From NCBI GenBank assembly GCA_963768055.1, contig CAVYGN010000002.1:576001-640000 (forward strand): a stretch of 64,000 nt of DNA, given 5' to 3'. The translations under genes and the position numbers were made by a program. Positions 9,577-19,531 of this stretch are shown here, in pieces (the first letter of the stretch is position 1; each line of letters starts with the position of its first letter). The notes under the pieces were generated by a model. That model was not told where the DNA came from, ran no database searches, and worked only from the letters and a program-made list of their open reading frames with translations. Source of the stretch: an uncultured Spirochaetota bacterium. GTDB lineage: Bacteria > Spirochaetota > Brevinematia > Brevinematales > JAOACQ01.

Positions 9577-10302
9577 CTATTTAGCTCCGGCTTCTTTCAA
9601 GGCTTTAACCGCTTCATCCCTTCCGTAGTTAGTCGCCAGTATTAAAGCTGTTTTTCCGTTATTATCGGTTTTATTGATATCAGCCTTCGCTTCGATCAAT
9701 GCTTTAACTGTGTCGGCGTGCCCCCATTGGGCCGCAAACATTAAGGCCGTTGAACCCGTATCATTCACGGTATTGACGCTTGCCTTAGATTTGATCAATA
9801 ATTTAACGGCGTCAGTCCGCCCCAACCTTGCCGCATTCATCATAACCGTCGTACCGCCTTCATCCCTGCCGTTGACATCGCCCTTTGATTCAATCAATAA
9901 TTCGAGCGTGTCCAGGTTTCCACTTATGACCGCCCACATCAAAACCGTATTGCTATCTTTATCTACCGCGTTAACGAACGCTTTTGCATCAATCAAAGCC
10001 TTCACGGTTTCAGTGTGGCCTAATTCTGCCGCCCACATCAAAGCTGTCTTGCCATCCAAATCCCTGGCTTCGACATCAGCTCCATCCTGTATCAAAGCTT
10101 TTACAAAATCCGTTTGACCATTTTCAGCCGCGACAATTAAAGCGGTCTTTCCGTTTTTGACCCTGGCGTTGATATCGCCTTTAAAAGTCTTAATTGATGC
10201 GACATCCCCTTTAACGGCAGCATCGGCTATATGGCTTTCGCATGAATTAATCAGGGCATATGCGGGCATTGAGATCAAAATAAAAATCAAAAACTTTTTC
10301 AT
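9577..10302 (-). CDS. Secreted ankyrin-repeat protein
   Basis: Signal peptide followed by about six G.TAL..AA..G repeats. Confidence 0.92.
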   Translation of the reverse strand: MKKFLIFILISMPAYALINSCESHIADAAVKGDVASIKTFKGDINARVKNGKTALIVAAENGQTDFVKALIQDGADVEARDLDGKTALMWAAELGHTETVKALIDAKAFVNAVDKDSNTVLMWAVISGNLDTLELLIESKGDVNGRDEGGTTVMMNAARLGRTDAVKLLIKSKASVNTVNDTGSTALMFAAQWGHADTVKALIEAKADINKTDNNGKTALILATNYGRDEAVKALKEAGAK

Positions 10303-10328
10303 CAGGTATAAACCTCCATTTTAAAGAA

Positions 10329-11030
10329 CTATTCTAAGGGAAACTTAGGCAGGTACGAATAGGGGTAAACCGGATTATGGATAGGATAACCATCCCCGCC
10401 AAGATAATCTGCAAGTTTGCCGTTTATATAGAAAGCCACTGCCTTTACTTTACTAAATTGGGTCGCGGTATAAACTATCTGGTAAACCTGGAGCTTATAC
10501 CCGATAACTCCGCTTGAATTGTATGAAAAGTCATCGCTAAGGTCTATTAATGCAATCCCATCCCTGATCGTAACTTTCCTTATTCTTGTTTTCAGCGGTA
10601 CAAGATTGATCAAGTTATCATCGTTATAGCCGACAAGCAATTGCAAAGTATCTTTCAACATGGATTGGGTCCTCGGCATCAGAACTGTCTTTTCAACAAG
10701 ACTTAATTCTTTATCGCCGCGTTTAGCGAGATAGATTTTAACCTTTATATACTGTTCGTTTGTGTTCATCTGGCTGGAAGAGGACCCGGCTTCATTTGAA
10801 ACCGAAGACAAAGACATCGAAGCGCTTCCCTGCGATCGGGGCTGAACGGGAAATAAATTTGTCAAATTAAACGAATTATTCTGGGTATTAGTTTGAGGAT
10901 TTTTTTGCGAAAAGGGCAGGTTTTTAAAAGTATTGGAATAACCGATAAAAAAAGCTATAACCGCCGCGGTAATTATCCATACAAGCGGGGCATATTTACC
11001 GCTCTTTCTTCTTCTTTTATTTTGAGGCAT
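10329..11030 (-). CDS. Membrane-anchored GerMN-domain protein
   Basis: N-terminal TM; GIALIDLS.DF and QIVYTATQF..VKAVAFYING. Confidence 0.85.
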   Translation of the reverse strand: MPQNKRRRKSGKYAPLVWIITAAVIAFFIGYSNTFKNLPFSQKNPQTNTQNNSFNLTNLFPVQPRSQGSASMSLSSVSNEAGSSSSQMNTNEQYIKVKIYLAKRGDKELSLVEKTVLMPRTQSMLKDTLQLLVGYNDDNLINLVPLKTRIRKVTIRDGIALIDLSDDFSYNSSGVIGYKLQVYQIVYTATQFSKVKAVAFYINGKLADYLGGDGYPIHNPVYPYSYLPKFPLE

Positions 11031-11042
11031 TAAATAGACTCT

Positions 11043-11516
11043 TTATGATATTTCTTCTTCCTTCTTCATAAGAAGATTATAAACATCCATGGAATTCTTA
11101 ACACCTGAAATCGACATGCCTATATCTGTTTTTTCATATATTTCCGCTATTATTCTGAGGACTTCAAGCTGTTCATGCGGACTGTAATCTTCTGAGGTCA
11201 CAGCGGCAAAAAAAAGATGGGATAATTTTTTATCGTATGCTTCAAAATCCTTCCCTTTTTCATCATATATTACGACAAGATGCATTCCATTTACTCTTGC
11301 GCTCCTGCCATGCGGAATAGCCAGCCCGTTCCCCAGGCCTGTCGAACCCTTCTTCTCCCTCTCTGAAATAGCTTTATATGCGTCCTTTTTATCGATCGAT
11401 GTATGGGCTGCCGAAATAAAATCCGCTATTTCCTGAAGGAGCTCATCCTTTGTTTTTCCATTCAAGTTTAATTTAACAAATTCAGGTTTTAATAACTCTG
11501 ACAATCTCATAATCAA
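11043..11516 (-). CDS. PTS EIIA (PtsN/fructose-type) domain protein
   Basis: ERE..GSTGLGNGLAIPHGR phospho-His motif. Confidence 0.9.
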   Translation of the reverse strand: MIMRLSELLKPEFVKLNLNGKTKDELLQEIADFISAAHTSIDKKDAYKAISEREKKGSTGLGNGLAIPHGRSARVNGMHLVVIYDEKGKDFEAYDKKLSHLFFAAVTSEDYSPHEQLEVLRIIAEIYEKTDIGMSISGVKNSMDVYNLLMKKEEEIS

Positions 11517-11604
11517 CCCTCCTTTACAGGGGAAAAGGTTTTATTTCGAAAATAATCCTTATTATAAAGAAATAAAACTCAAATAACAAATTTTTTGCCT
11601 ACAT

Positions 11605-11700
11605 TACTTCAGTCGGCAGTCAAAAGTCCATACTCATTATATCATTCATTGAGTTTTGATTATACTATTGACATTCGACTTTCAACTGTTGACTAAAGTA
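11605..11700. repeat. 96-bp imperfect palindromic element with 24-bp arms
   Basis: TACTTCAGTCGGCAGTCAAAAGTC versus reverse complement of GACTTTCAACTGTTGACTAAAGTA, 19/24 identical. Confidence 0.6.
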
Positions 11701-13434
11701 TTATATCCCATTATCAATTTTTAAATTAACCCCAATAGGCTCATTTCCATAATAATCAAAAAAGTCTTTCATGGTGTGAAGATGCTTAATATTATGAGAT
11801 AACATCCTCTGGATAAGCGATGAATTATATTTTTCATTTAAAAAATCATTTATATATCGGATTGGAATACGCTCCTTCTTGCAGAAATCCTCAATCTTTT
11901 TCCTCAGTTCGCTTTCAAATACCAGAAATGTATGGGGTTCCACCTCGATCACCTCATTCATGAAGTGGTCCTTTATCTTCGAAGAAAAATGAGCGCTGAC
12001 CTGAATGATCTTATAATTATTCATGTTTTCAAGAGAAAGGCTGTTAATAAAACTTTTTATACCTTCACTTACTATGTCGGGCACAGGATGCCGGGAATAG
12101 GAATTTAAAAATTCAAGGATTTCATCTTTTTTTATACCGTAAGCAAAGGACCTGTATATGGACTCCTTGGTTATTCGAAATATGGATATTGTCTGGATTG
12201 TAAGAGGCTCTGCGATCAGCGCAAGGCGGAATATGATATCCGGACGGACATAAGGCTCAACAATTATTTCGAAATTGGTCTCCACTACAAATTTATCATC
12301 CATAAATTGGTCGGTGAAATCCTTATTATTAAGAAGAGAGGCCTGAGGTTCGTTCATTATAATATAATCCGTCGCTATTGATATCACATCGGGATATTGC
12401 CGGTGTAATACTACAATATTTTCAGATTCCAGGTTTTTAACAAAAAACATGAATTTAAGTTCTTCCTGTTTAAGCATAAACCTGAGATTTTTAGGTTCAT
12501 TCTTTAAGGAGATATAAATCTCATTATTTAAATAATGGAAGAAGAGTTCGCGCAGCGGCATTCCGGTTTTCTGATGAAAAGTTTGAACAGCCAGTATTTT
12601 CAATGTCATAAATGCGCTTTTTCTGAAATCGAATTTATTCATGAATTCGTAAAGGAAAATAATAAAAAGCTGTTCATTAATGGAAAGGCTTATTATAGCG
12701 TCAAACAGCGATTTGTTTATAATAATCCTGTTGTTGAATTTTTGAAAAAAGCCGAAACGCGTAAGCTTTTTAATTACATGTTCCAGGTATTCTCTTTCAG
12801 CAAAATCAGAAAAAAATTCAAGCATTTTTGAGAGATCTATTTTATGGATCTCATTATTTTCAGAACTTCTGGGTGAAAAAGTAACAACATATGAAATCAA
12901 ACCGGCTATCAAGGGAATATACTGGCGGCTTAAAAGGTCCCTTGAAATAATAGGGCAGTCTTCCTCTCCGAAAATCTCGTCTTTTTTCACTGCGTTGGTA
13001 ATGTTTCTTAAAAATACCGGCGGAGAGAAAAAAAAGTTGTAATTTTTCAATCTTTCAAACTTGAAGAGGAGATATTTTTTAAATAGAGATTCAACTGCTT
13101 TTCCCAGTTCTTCGTAATCGTAATGAAAAATTTTGGAGATTATTTTAAGGTTAGATTCGATATTTTCATATACGATCCATCCGAAGCCGCTTTTCATTAT
13201 ATAAAGAAGTAGCTTCTCATATTTATTGAGCCCCGAATATATTTTCGGAGCGTTCTTCGAAAGAAATACGGAGACCTCTGCAAGCCTTCTTGTGTTTTCC
13301 ACACTATCGAAAGATAATTCGCTATCCGTGTTAAAAAAGTAATCGTATATTTTTTTGACAAGCATCGGCTCTTCTTTGATAAGCCAGTCCGATACCGACT
13401 TGCTCGACAATACACTGGATTGCCCCTGGAACAT
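11701..13434 (-). CDS. XPB-associated protein with Helicase_C_3-like domain
   Basis: FVVETNFEII...FRITKESIYRS...EILEFLNSYSRHPVP segment; no Walker motifs; 11 bp downstream of XPB gene. Confidence 0.75.
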   Translation of the reverse strand: MFQGQSSVLSSKSVSDWLIKEEPMLVKKIYDYFFNTDSELSFDSVENTRRLAEVSVFLSKNAPKIYSGLNKYEKLLLYIMKSGFGWIVYENIESNLKIISKIFHYDYEELGKAVESLFKKYLLFKFERLKNYNFFFSPPVFLRNITNAVKKDEIFGEEDCPIISRDLLSRQYIPLIAGLISYVVTFSPRSSENNEIHKIDLSKMLEFFSDFAEREYLEHVIKKLTRFGFFQKFNNRIIINKSLFDAIISLSINEQLFIIFLYEFMNKFDFRKSAFMTLKILAVQTFHQKTGMPLRELFFHYLNNEIYISLKNEPKNLRFMLKQEELKFMFFVKNLESENIVVLHRQYPDVISIATDYIIMNEPQASLLNNKDFTDQFMDDKFVVETNFEIIVEPYVRPDIIFRLALIAEPLTIQTISIFRITKESIYRSFAYGIKKDEILEFLNSYSRHPVPDIVSEGIKSFINSLSLENMNNYKIIQVSAHFSSKIKDHFMNEVIEVEPHTFLVFESELRKKIEDFCKKERIPIRYINDFLNEKYNSSLIQRMLSHNIKHLHTMKDFFDYYGNEPIGVNLKIDNGI

Positions 13435-13445
13435 TTACTCCCCCT

Positions 13446-15134
13446 TTAATGTGCAGCCATTGCTTTGAAATTGGCAATATAATCTTTTTCGTTTGGATAT
13501 ATGATATTGTACTGGTATCCTTGCTCAAGCAGAAATAACTGCCTTTTTTTTGCAAATTCTTCTTCAATCGTATCTTTTGATACGAGCGTATAGAAATAAG
13601 ATTTGCCGGATTGCGGCCTCAGTATCCTACCCAATCTTTGAGCTTCTTCCTGCCTGGACCCGAATATTCCTGATACCTGAATGGCCACATCTGCTACAGG
13701 AAGATCTATTGAAAAATTACCAACCCTGGAAATAGCCAGGGCCGTGATATTTCCTTTTCTGAATTCCCTGTACATTATTTCCCTTTCCTGATTGGAGGTT
13801 TCACCCGTAATCAAAGGGATATTAAGCATATGTGAAATTTCTTCAAGCTGGGTAATATAATGGCCTATTATCAAGACATGATTATATTTGAATTTATCCA
13901 CCAGTTTTTTAACAATGCCATATTTATGAGTATTTTCCGATGCAATACGAAATTTATATCTCTGGTTAGAATTAAGGTATTCATTGTATTCTTTTTCACC
14001 TAAAGGAACCTTGATCTCGAAACAAATGGCCTGAGCTATCCAGCCCTCTTTTTCAAGAGCTTTCCATGGATACTCATATATTTTAGGACCTATAAGAGTG
14101 AATACTTCGCTCTCAAGGTTGTCCTCGCGGACAAGAGTGGCTGTTAATCCCAGCCTTCTTTTGGATTGAATGACTGTAGTCATCCGGAAAATAGGGGCCG
14201 GAAGAATATGGACCTCATCATAAATAATAAGGCCCCAGTTTTTATCGGTAAATATGTTTATATTTCGCATCTCTTCGCTTTTATTGTTTTTATGTATTAA
14301 CATATTATATGTCGTAATCGTTATAGGTTTGATATCTTTTACCTGGGCTGTGAATTCTCCAACCTCATCTCCCGTCAGGTTCGTTTTATCCAGGATTTCT
14401 CTTTTCCATTGTCTGATAGCTTCCACGCTTGTTGTAATAATGAGGGTATATTCGCCGATATCTCTCATGATACCGATTCCTACAATTGTTTTCCCGGCCC
14501 CGCAGGGGAGCACAATAATGCCGCTCCCTTCCCGCCATTTGGAAAAACTATATACGGCTTCAGACTGATAATATCTTAATGCAAAATCTTTTTCCTCAAG
14601 GCTGATTTTCCTGAAATCCATGTCTATTTTATTCCCGCTTTCAAATCCCGCAATATCCTTAACAGGGATCAAATGCTTTATCAATTCAGTTTTAATAGTT
14701 CCGCGCCATCTTTTTTCGACAATAAACTCGGAACTATTCTTTTCTTCAACAATGTACTTTTCAATCAGAGATTTTACTTTATCGGTCAACTTCTGGTCTT
14801 CGACACGGATTGCCATCATCGGATCTTCGGCTCTTCCAAAAATCACCTTTCCATAAATGGAAAAATGTTTCTTTATATACTCTACGACATTCTTCGGGAT
14901 ATCATATTTCTTATATATTTCAAGAGTTTCCATGATTTCTTCAAGAGATACTCCGTTAGCCGCAGAATTCCAGAGAGAAATAGGCGTTATCCTGTAAAAA
15001 TGAATGTGTTCGGGAGTTTTGATCAATTCGGAGAAATTAACAAGCCTCTTCCTGACCTCTTCGAACCTGGGATGATGGGCATCGAGCAATATAGATTTAT
15101 CTGATTGTATAGTTATTACCTTGTTATCTTCCAT
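13446..15134 (-). CDS. XPB/Rad25/Ssl2-like superfamily 2 DNA helicase
   Basis: LPCGAGKT, DEVH, LGLTATLVRED, GSRQEEAQRLGRILR; start moved to ATG 15134 with GAGGGG RBS. Confidence 0.93.
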   Translation of the reverse strand: MEDNKVITIQSDKSILLDAHHPRFEEVRKRLVNFSELIKTPEHIHFYRITPISLWNSAANGVSLEEIMETLEIYKKYDIPKNVVEYIKKHFSIYGKVIFGRAEDPMMAIRVEDQKLTDKVKSLIEKYIVEEKNSSEFIVEKRWRGTIKTELIKHLIPVKDIAGFESGNKIDMDFRKISLEEKDFALRYYQSEAVYSFSKWREGSGIIVLPCGAGKTIVGIGIMRDIGEYTLIITTSVEAIRQWKREILDKTNLTGDEVGEFTAQVKDIKPITITTYNMLIHKNNKSEEMRNINIFTDKNWGLIIYDEVHILPAPIFRMTTVIQSKRRLGLTATLVREDNLESEVFTLIGPKIYEYPWKALEKEGWIAQAICFEIKVPLGEKEYNEYLNSNQRYKFRIASENTHKYGIVKKLVDKFKYNHVLIIGHYITQLEEISHMLNIPLITGETSNQEREIMYREFRKGNITALAISRVGNFSIDLPVADVAIQVSGIFGSRQEEAQRLGRILRPQSGKSYFYTLVSKDTIEEEFAKKRQLFLLEQGYQYNIIYPNEKDYIANFKAMAAH

Positions 15135-15276
15135 AACCCCTCTCATGGACCACTGGAAAAAGATATTTATTTTAAAAGGAAGACAACTATTCGTCAAATG
15201 AAAATCATGTCTTTGTTTTTCCCTCTATGTTTACAACTCTCCATTTATCCTTTATAATGAAATAAGGAGGAAATTA

Positions 15277-16260
15277 ATGAAAATAATAATGCCGATTGCC
15301 GGTATTGGTACAAGGCTTCGACCCCAAACTCATATGATCCCGAAATCATTGATTCGCGTAGCCGGCAAACCGATTATTGGATACATAATGGAACAAATTC
15401 AGAATATAAATTTTTCAGAGATAATTTTTATAATCGGCCATCTAGGGGACCAGATTAAAACTTACCTTCGAACAACGTATCACTTTCAGATGAAATTCAT
15501 CAGACAAACGGATTATATAGGACTTGGCCATGCCATCGACCAGGCTAAAAATGAATTTTCCCAGGATGAATCCGTATTGATAGTATTGGGCGATATCATA
15601 TTTACGTCCGACATAGCAGAAATTGTAGGCTCTACTCATAACATGATAGGTATTATGAAACCGGAAGATCCGAAGAAATACGGCATAGTAACGGTTAATG
15701 AAGAGGGCTATGTGACAAGCATGATCGAAAAACCTGAAAATCCTCCATGCGACCTGGCGATCGGCGGAATATATTATTTTACAAGCGCTTTCAATCTCTT
15801 CAAATCTATAAAATTCCTTATCGATGAAAAAATTAAGACCAGGGATGAGTATCAGCTTACCGACGCAATGAGAATCATGCTTGATAAGGGTGAGAAATTT
15901 AAAACATTTAATATGTCCGAATGGTATGATTGCGGTGAAAAAGAGTCTCTCCTCCAGACAAATAAGGTAATGCTGGAAAGGCATGCAACAAATGATAAAA
16001 TCCCCGGCTGTATTATCAATCCCCCGGTTTTTATCGGCCATGATTCTAAGATTGAAAATTCTATTATAGGCCCATATGTATCCATATCGGAGAATTCCTG
16101 CGTAAAAAACGCTCTGATAACAAATTCCATTTTGGGTATTGAGACGGTTGTTGAAAATACAATACTTGACAGTTCCCTTATCGGCGATAATTCATTTTTA
16201 TCTGAAGCCCCCAAGGAGTTTAATGTCGGTCCTGATTCGGAGATTATATTCACAAAATAG
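15277..16260 (+). CDS. Sugar-phosphate nucleotidyltransferase (long RmlA-type, with C-terminal beta-helix)
   Basis: AGIGTRLRPQT...PK, EKP, EYQLTDA; C-terminal hexapeptide repeats. Confidence 0.88.
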   Translation: MKIIMPIAGIGTRLRPQTHMIPKSLIRVAGKPIIGYIMEQIQNINFSEIIFIIGHLGDQIKTYLRTTYHFQMKFIRQTDYIGLGHAIDQAKNEFSQDESVLIVLGDIIFTSDIAEIVGSTHNMIGIMKPEDPKKYGIVTVNEEGYVTSMIEKPENPPCDLAIGGIYYFTSAFNLFKSIKFLIDEKIKTRDEYQLTDAMRIMLDKGEKFKTFNMSEWYDCGEKESLLQTNKVMLERHATNDKIPGCIINPPVFIGHDSKIENSIIGPYVSISENSCVKNALITNSILGIETVVENTILDSSLIGDNSFLSEAPKEFNVGPDSEIIFTK

Positions 16261-16269
16261 GTCTTTTGA

Positions 16270-17085
16270 ATGATAAATAAAAAAGTCCTGTCCATAGCCG
16301 GTTCCGATCCCTCCGGTGGAGCCGGTATCCAGGCGGATTTAAAGACATTCACATCCCTGGGTGTTTATGGAGGCGCTGTAATAACAAGCCTGACTGTCCA
16401 GAACTCGACAGGGGTAAAGAAAATCGTCTGTCTGGATCCCGATTTTGTAAAGGCGCAACTTATTGCGGTGTTTGAAGATATCGATATATCCTTTATAAAG
16501 ATCGGTATGCTCGGAAATTCATCTATCGCTAAGGCGGTCGGCGAATCTGTCAAAAACAGGTTTTTGATCTGTGATCCTGTATTTTTTTCAAAAGCCGGGA
16601 TGAGCCTTCTTGAAAATGATTCCCTGGAAATTTTTGAGAATTACATTGCTTCAGAAAGTACTGTTTTAACTCCCAATTACAATGAACTCATGATTTTATC
16701 CGGTTCCGGAGAAGATGACCCTGTAAAAGCGGGTGAAGCTGTTCTCAATAAGTTTGGTAAACTTAAAGCCCTGGTACTAAAAGGGGGGCATATAAACATA
16801 AACTCTTCCTCCTCTGTCGATATTCTCCTGTTAAAAGACGGGCTGTCTGTATCCAGGCACGATTTCTCCCATCCCCGTATCAAAACAGACAATACTCATG
16901 GAACGGGCTGCACTTTTTCTTCCGCTCTTACAGCATATCTCGCAATGGGGAAGAGTATAACACAATCTGTTCAATTGGCATCCAATTACGTTCATAAATT
17001 GATAAAACTTGCTTCCGGAATCAAGTTAGGCAAAGGAAACGGGCCGCTCCCTCATTTCATGCTGAATAAAGGCTGCGGCAATTAA
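16270..17085 (+). CDS. thiD: Hydroxymethylpyrimidine/phosphomethylpyrimidine kinase
   Basis: IAGSDPSGGAGIQADLKT, KGGH, HGTGCTFSSA. Confidence 0.96.
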   Translation: MINKKVLSIAGSDPSGGAGIQADLKTFTSLGVYGGAVITSLTVQNSTGVKKIVCLDPDFVKAQLIAVFEDIDISFIKIGMLGNSSIAKAVGESVKNRFLICDPVFFSKAGMSLLENDSLEIFENYIASESTVLTPNYNELMILSGSGEDDPVKAGEAVLNKFGKLKALVLKGGHININSSSSVDILLLKDGLSVSRHDFSHPRIKTDNTHGTGCTFSSALTAYLAMGKSITQSVQLASNYVHKLIKLASGIKLGKGNGPLPHFMLNKGCGN

Positions 17086-17096
17086 GGGGGGATAAT

Positions 17097-18380
17097 ATGA
17101 CTCAAATAGAATCTGCAAAAAAAGGAATTTTTACGCCTGAAATGAAAGTCATATCCGAGGAAGAAAATTTTAACCGCGATCTGCTTATTGAAAAAATTGC
17201 GGCCGGTCAGATAGTAATACTAAAGAATTCAATCCATGATATCAAACCGGTCGGCGTCGGCTCCGGCTTAAGAACCAAGGTCAATGCCAATATTGGCAGT
17301 TCGCCTGAAAAGATGGAACTGGATTTTGAATTGGCTAAACTGGCCGTATCGGAGAAGTACGGCGCCGATACTGTAATGGATTTAAGCCTCGGGGTTATAA
17401 TTAACGAAGTCAGGAAGAAGGTGATTGAAAAATCTTCCATCCCGGTAGGAACTGTGCCGATTTACCAGGCCGGCTTCGAAATTTCAATGAAAAAAAAGAA
17501 GATCCAGGAATTGACAATTGATGACTTTTGTGCAGTTTTAGAATCCCAGGGTGAGGAAGGTGTTGATTTCGTTACAATACATTCAGGGGTGACATTAAAA
17601 TCCTGGGATTATATAAAGCAGAAAAGCCGCCTGCTCGATGTCGTGAGCAGGGGAGGATCAATGCTCTGTGTATGGATGGAACATAATGGCAAAGAAAATC
17701 CATTATATACTCATTTCGATAAAATCCTCGAAATAGCGTATAGGTACGATATGACAATAAGCCTTGGGGATGGAATGAGGCCCGGCGCGACATCGGACGC
17801 GTCGGACAGCGCTCAGATGGAAGAATTAATAACACTTGGAAACCTTGCCCGCAGGGCGCACGAAGCCAATGTACAGGTTATAATAGAAGGTCCCGGTCAT
17901 GTAGCTCTGGATCAGGTTGTCTCGAATATTTTGCTCCAAAAATCCCTGTGCAGCGGTGCGCCATTCTATATTCTTGGCCCCCTGGTCACCGATATCGCAT
18001 CCGGTTACGATCACATTTCAGGGGCCATAGGCGGAGCCCTGGCCGCTTCAGCAGGCGCCGATTTTCTCTGCTATGTTACCCCGGCTGAACACCTCTCGCT
18101 ACCCGATCTTGATGATGTGAAGCAGGGGGTTATAGCAAGCCGCATAGCCGCCCATGCCGCGGATATGGTTAAATACGGAAATAAATTTAAAAAAATAGAC
18201 AATGAAATGTCGCTTGCAAGGAAAAAGCTTGATTGGGAAACAATGTACCGCCTGTCAATAGATCCTGAAAATGCCCGTAAAAGAAGGGAAATGAGCGGTG
18301 CAGTTTCCAAGGATTACTGTACTATGTGCGGGGAATTCTGCAGCGTGCGTGCACTCAACCGGATTGAAAATTTATTCTAA
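17097..18380 (+). CDS. thiC: Phosphomethylpyrimidine synthase
   Basis: TKVNANIG, VSRGGS, EGPGH, GYDHI, YVTPAEHL, CTMCGEFC. Confidence 0.94.
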   Translation: MTQIESAKKGIFTPEMKVISEEENFNRDLLIEKIAAGQIVILKNSIHDIKPVGVGSGLRTKVNANIGSSPEKMELDFELAKLAVSEKYGADTVMDLSLGVIINEVRKKVIEKSSIPVGTVPIYQAGFEISMKKKKIQELTIDDFCAVLESQGEEGVDFVTIHSGVTLKSWDYIKQKSRLLDVVSRGGSMLCVWMEHNGKENPLYTHFDKILEIAYRYDMTISLGDGMRPGATSDASDSAQMEELITLGNLARRAHEANVQVIIEGPGHVALDQVVSNILLQKSLCSGAPFYILGPLVTDIASGYDHISGAIGGALAASAGADFLCYVTPAEHLSLPDLDDVKQGVIASRIAAHAADMVKYGNKFKKIDNEMSLARKKLDWETMYRLSIDPENARKRREMSGAVSKDYCTMCGEFCSVRALNRIENLF

Positions 18381-18415
18381 TGGCGAAGCGCCCAAATATC
18401 TTATTCTTCCGCTTT

Positions 18416-18443
18416 TTGACATTTTTTCTAAATATATTATACT
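18416..18443 (+). promoter_or_regulatory. sigma70 promoter of the [NiFe]-hydrogenase operon
   Basis: TTGACA-N16-TATACT about 40 nt upstream of the first gene. Confidence 0.6.
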
Positions 18444-18484
18444 CTAAACAACTTTAAATAAAAACATACCCTCATTAAGGATAA

Positions 18485-19531
18485 ATGAAAATGGATAACA
18501 AGATACTCCAAAAAAGCAACCTGGATAATTTCATAACAGCTCTGAATGTTAAAATGAAGGTGGTTGCCCCGGTAAAAAGAGGATTCAACAATTACAGTTT
18601 TGAAGAGGTTAAAAATTCAAGCGAGATTTCTCTTAAATATATTCCGACAGTGCTTCCTCCGAAAAAATATTTTATGCCGCAGCACGAAACCCTTATAGAA
18701 TATGACACGAAAGCAGGCCAGAAAATGCAGGCGGTCGTGGAATTCGATAAAATGGCCCTTTTCGGGGTCCATACATGCGATTTAGCAGGCATTCAATGCC
18801 TTGACATAGTCTTCTCGGACAGGCCACGCGACCTCAATTATCAAACGCATCGTAAAGAAATTTTCATTATCGGGATAGAATGCAATGAATACTGCGATTC
18901 TTTCGCGAACTGCGCCATGATGGATACGCACATGCCGAGCGGCGGATATGACCTTTTCTTTACCGACCTGGGGAATTATTTTATGGTAAACATACACACA
19001 CAGGCCGGGGAGGACCTGATCAACGAGACAAGCCTTTTCGATGAAACTGGTCCGCCGCATATTAAAGATCTTGAAGCGATGAGATCAAAAAAAAGAGAGA
19101 TATTCAGAAATGAGGTTGACATAAACAGGAACGAGTTGCCGGATCTTTTTGTCAAGGGATTCGAATCCCATGTCTGGAATGATATCGGTAATCGCTGCCT
19201 GGCCTGCGGAAACTGCACGAATGTCTGCCCGACCTGTTACTGCTTCGACGTCGACGATATACCTAACCTTGATTTGAAAACCGGAAAGCGGGTCCGGGTA
19301 TGGGATTCCTGCCAGAGCGAACCTTTCGCGAAAGTTGCGGGCGGTGAAAGTTTCAGAAAAGAAAGAAGCGATAGGAAACGGCACAGATTCAACCGTAAAT
19401 TTAAATATCCGGTCGACCGTTATAATCATTTCTTCTGTACGGGCTGTGGCAGATGCAGCAGGACATGCATGGCCAAGATCAATTTAAAAGAAACAATCCG
19501 CCAGTTATATCAGGAGTGCCGGAATATATGA
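18485..19531 (+). CDS. Group 3b [NiFe]-hydrogenase (sulfhydrogenase) beta subunit, AsrA-like Fe-S protein
   Basis: CLACGNCTNVCPTCYC, WDSC, CTGCGRCSRTC. Confidence 0.9.
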   Translation: MKMDNKILQKSNLDNFITALNVKMKVVAPVKRGFNNYSFEEVKNSSEISLKYIPTVLPPKKYFMPQHETLIEYDTKAGQKMQAVVEFDKMALFGVHTCDLAGIQCLDIVFSDRPRDLNYQTHRKEIFIIGIECNEYCDSFANCAMMDTHMPSGGYDLFFTDLGNYFMVNIHTQAGEDLINETSLFDETGPPHIKDLEAMRSKKREIFRNEVDINRNELPDLFVKGFESHVWNDIGNRCLACGNCTNVCPTCYCFDVDDIPNLDLKTGKRVRVWDSCQSEPFAKVAGGESFRKERSDRKRHRFNRKFKYPVDRYNHFFCTGCGRCSRTCMAKINLKETIRQLYQECRNI

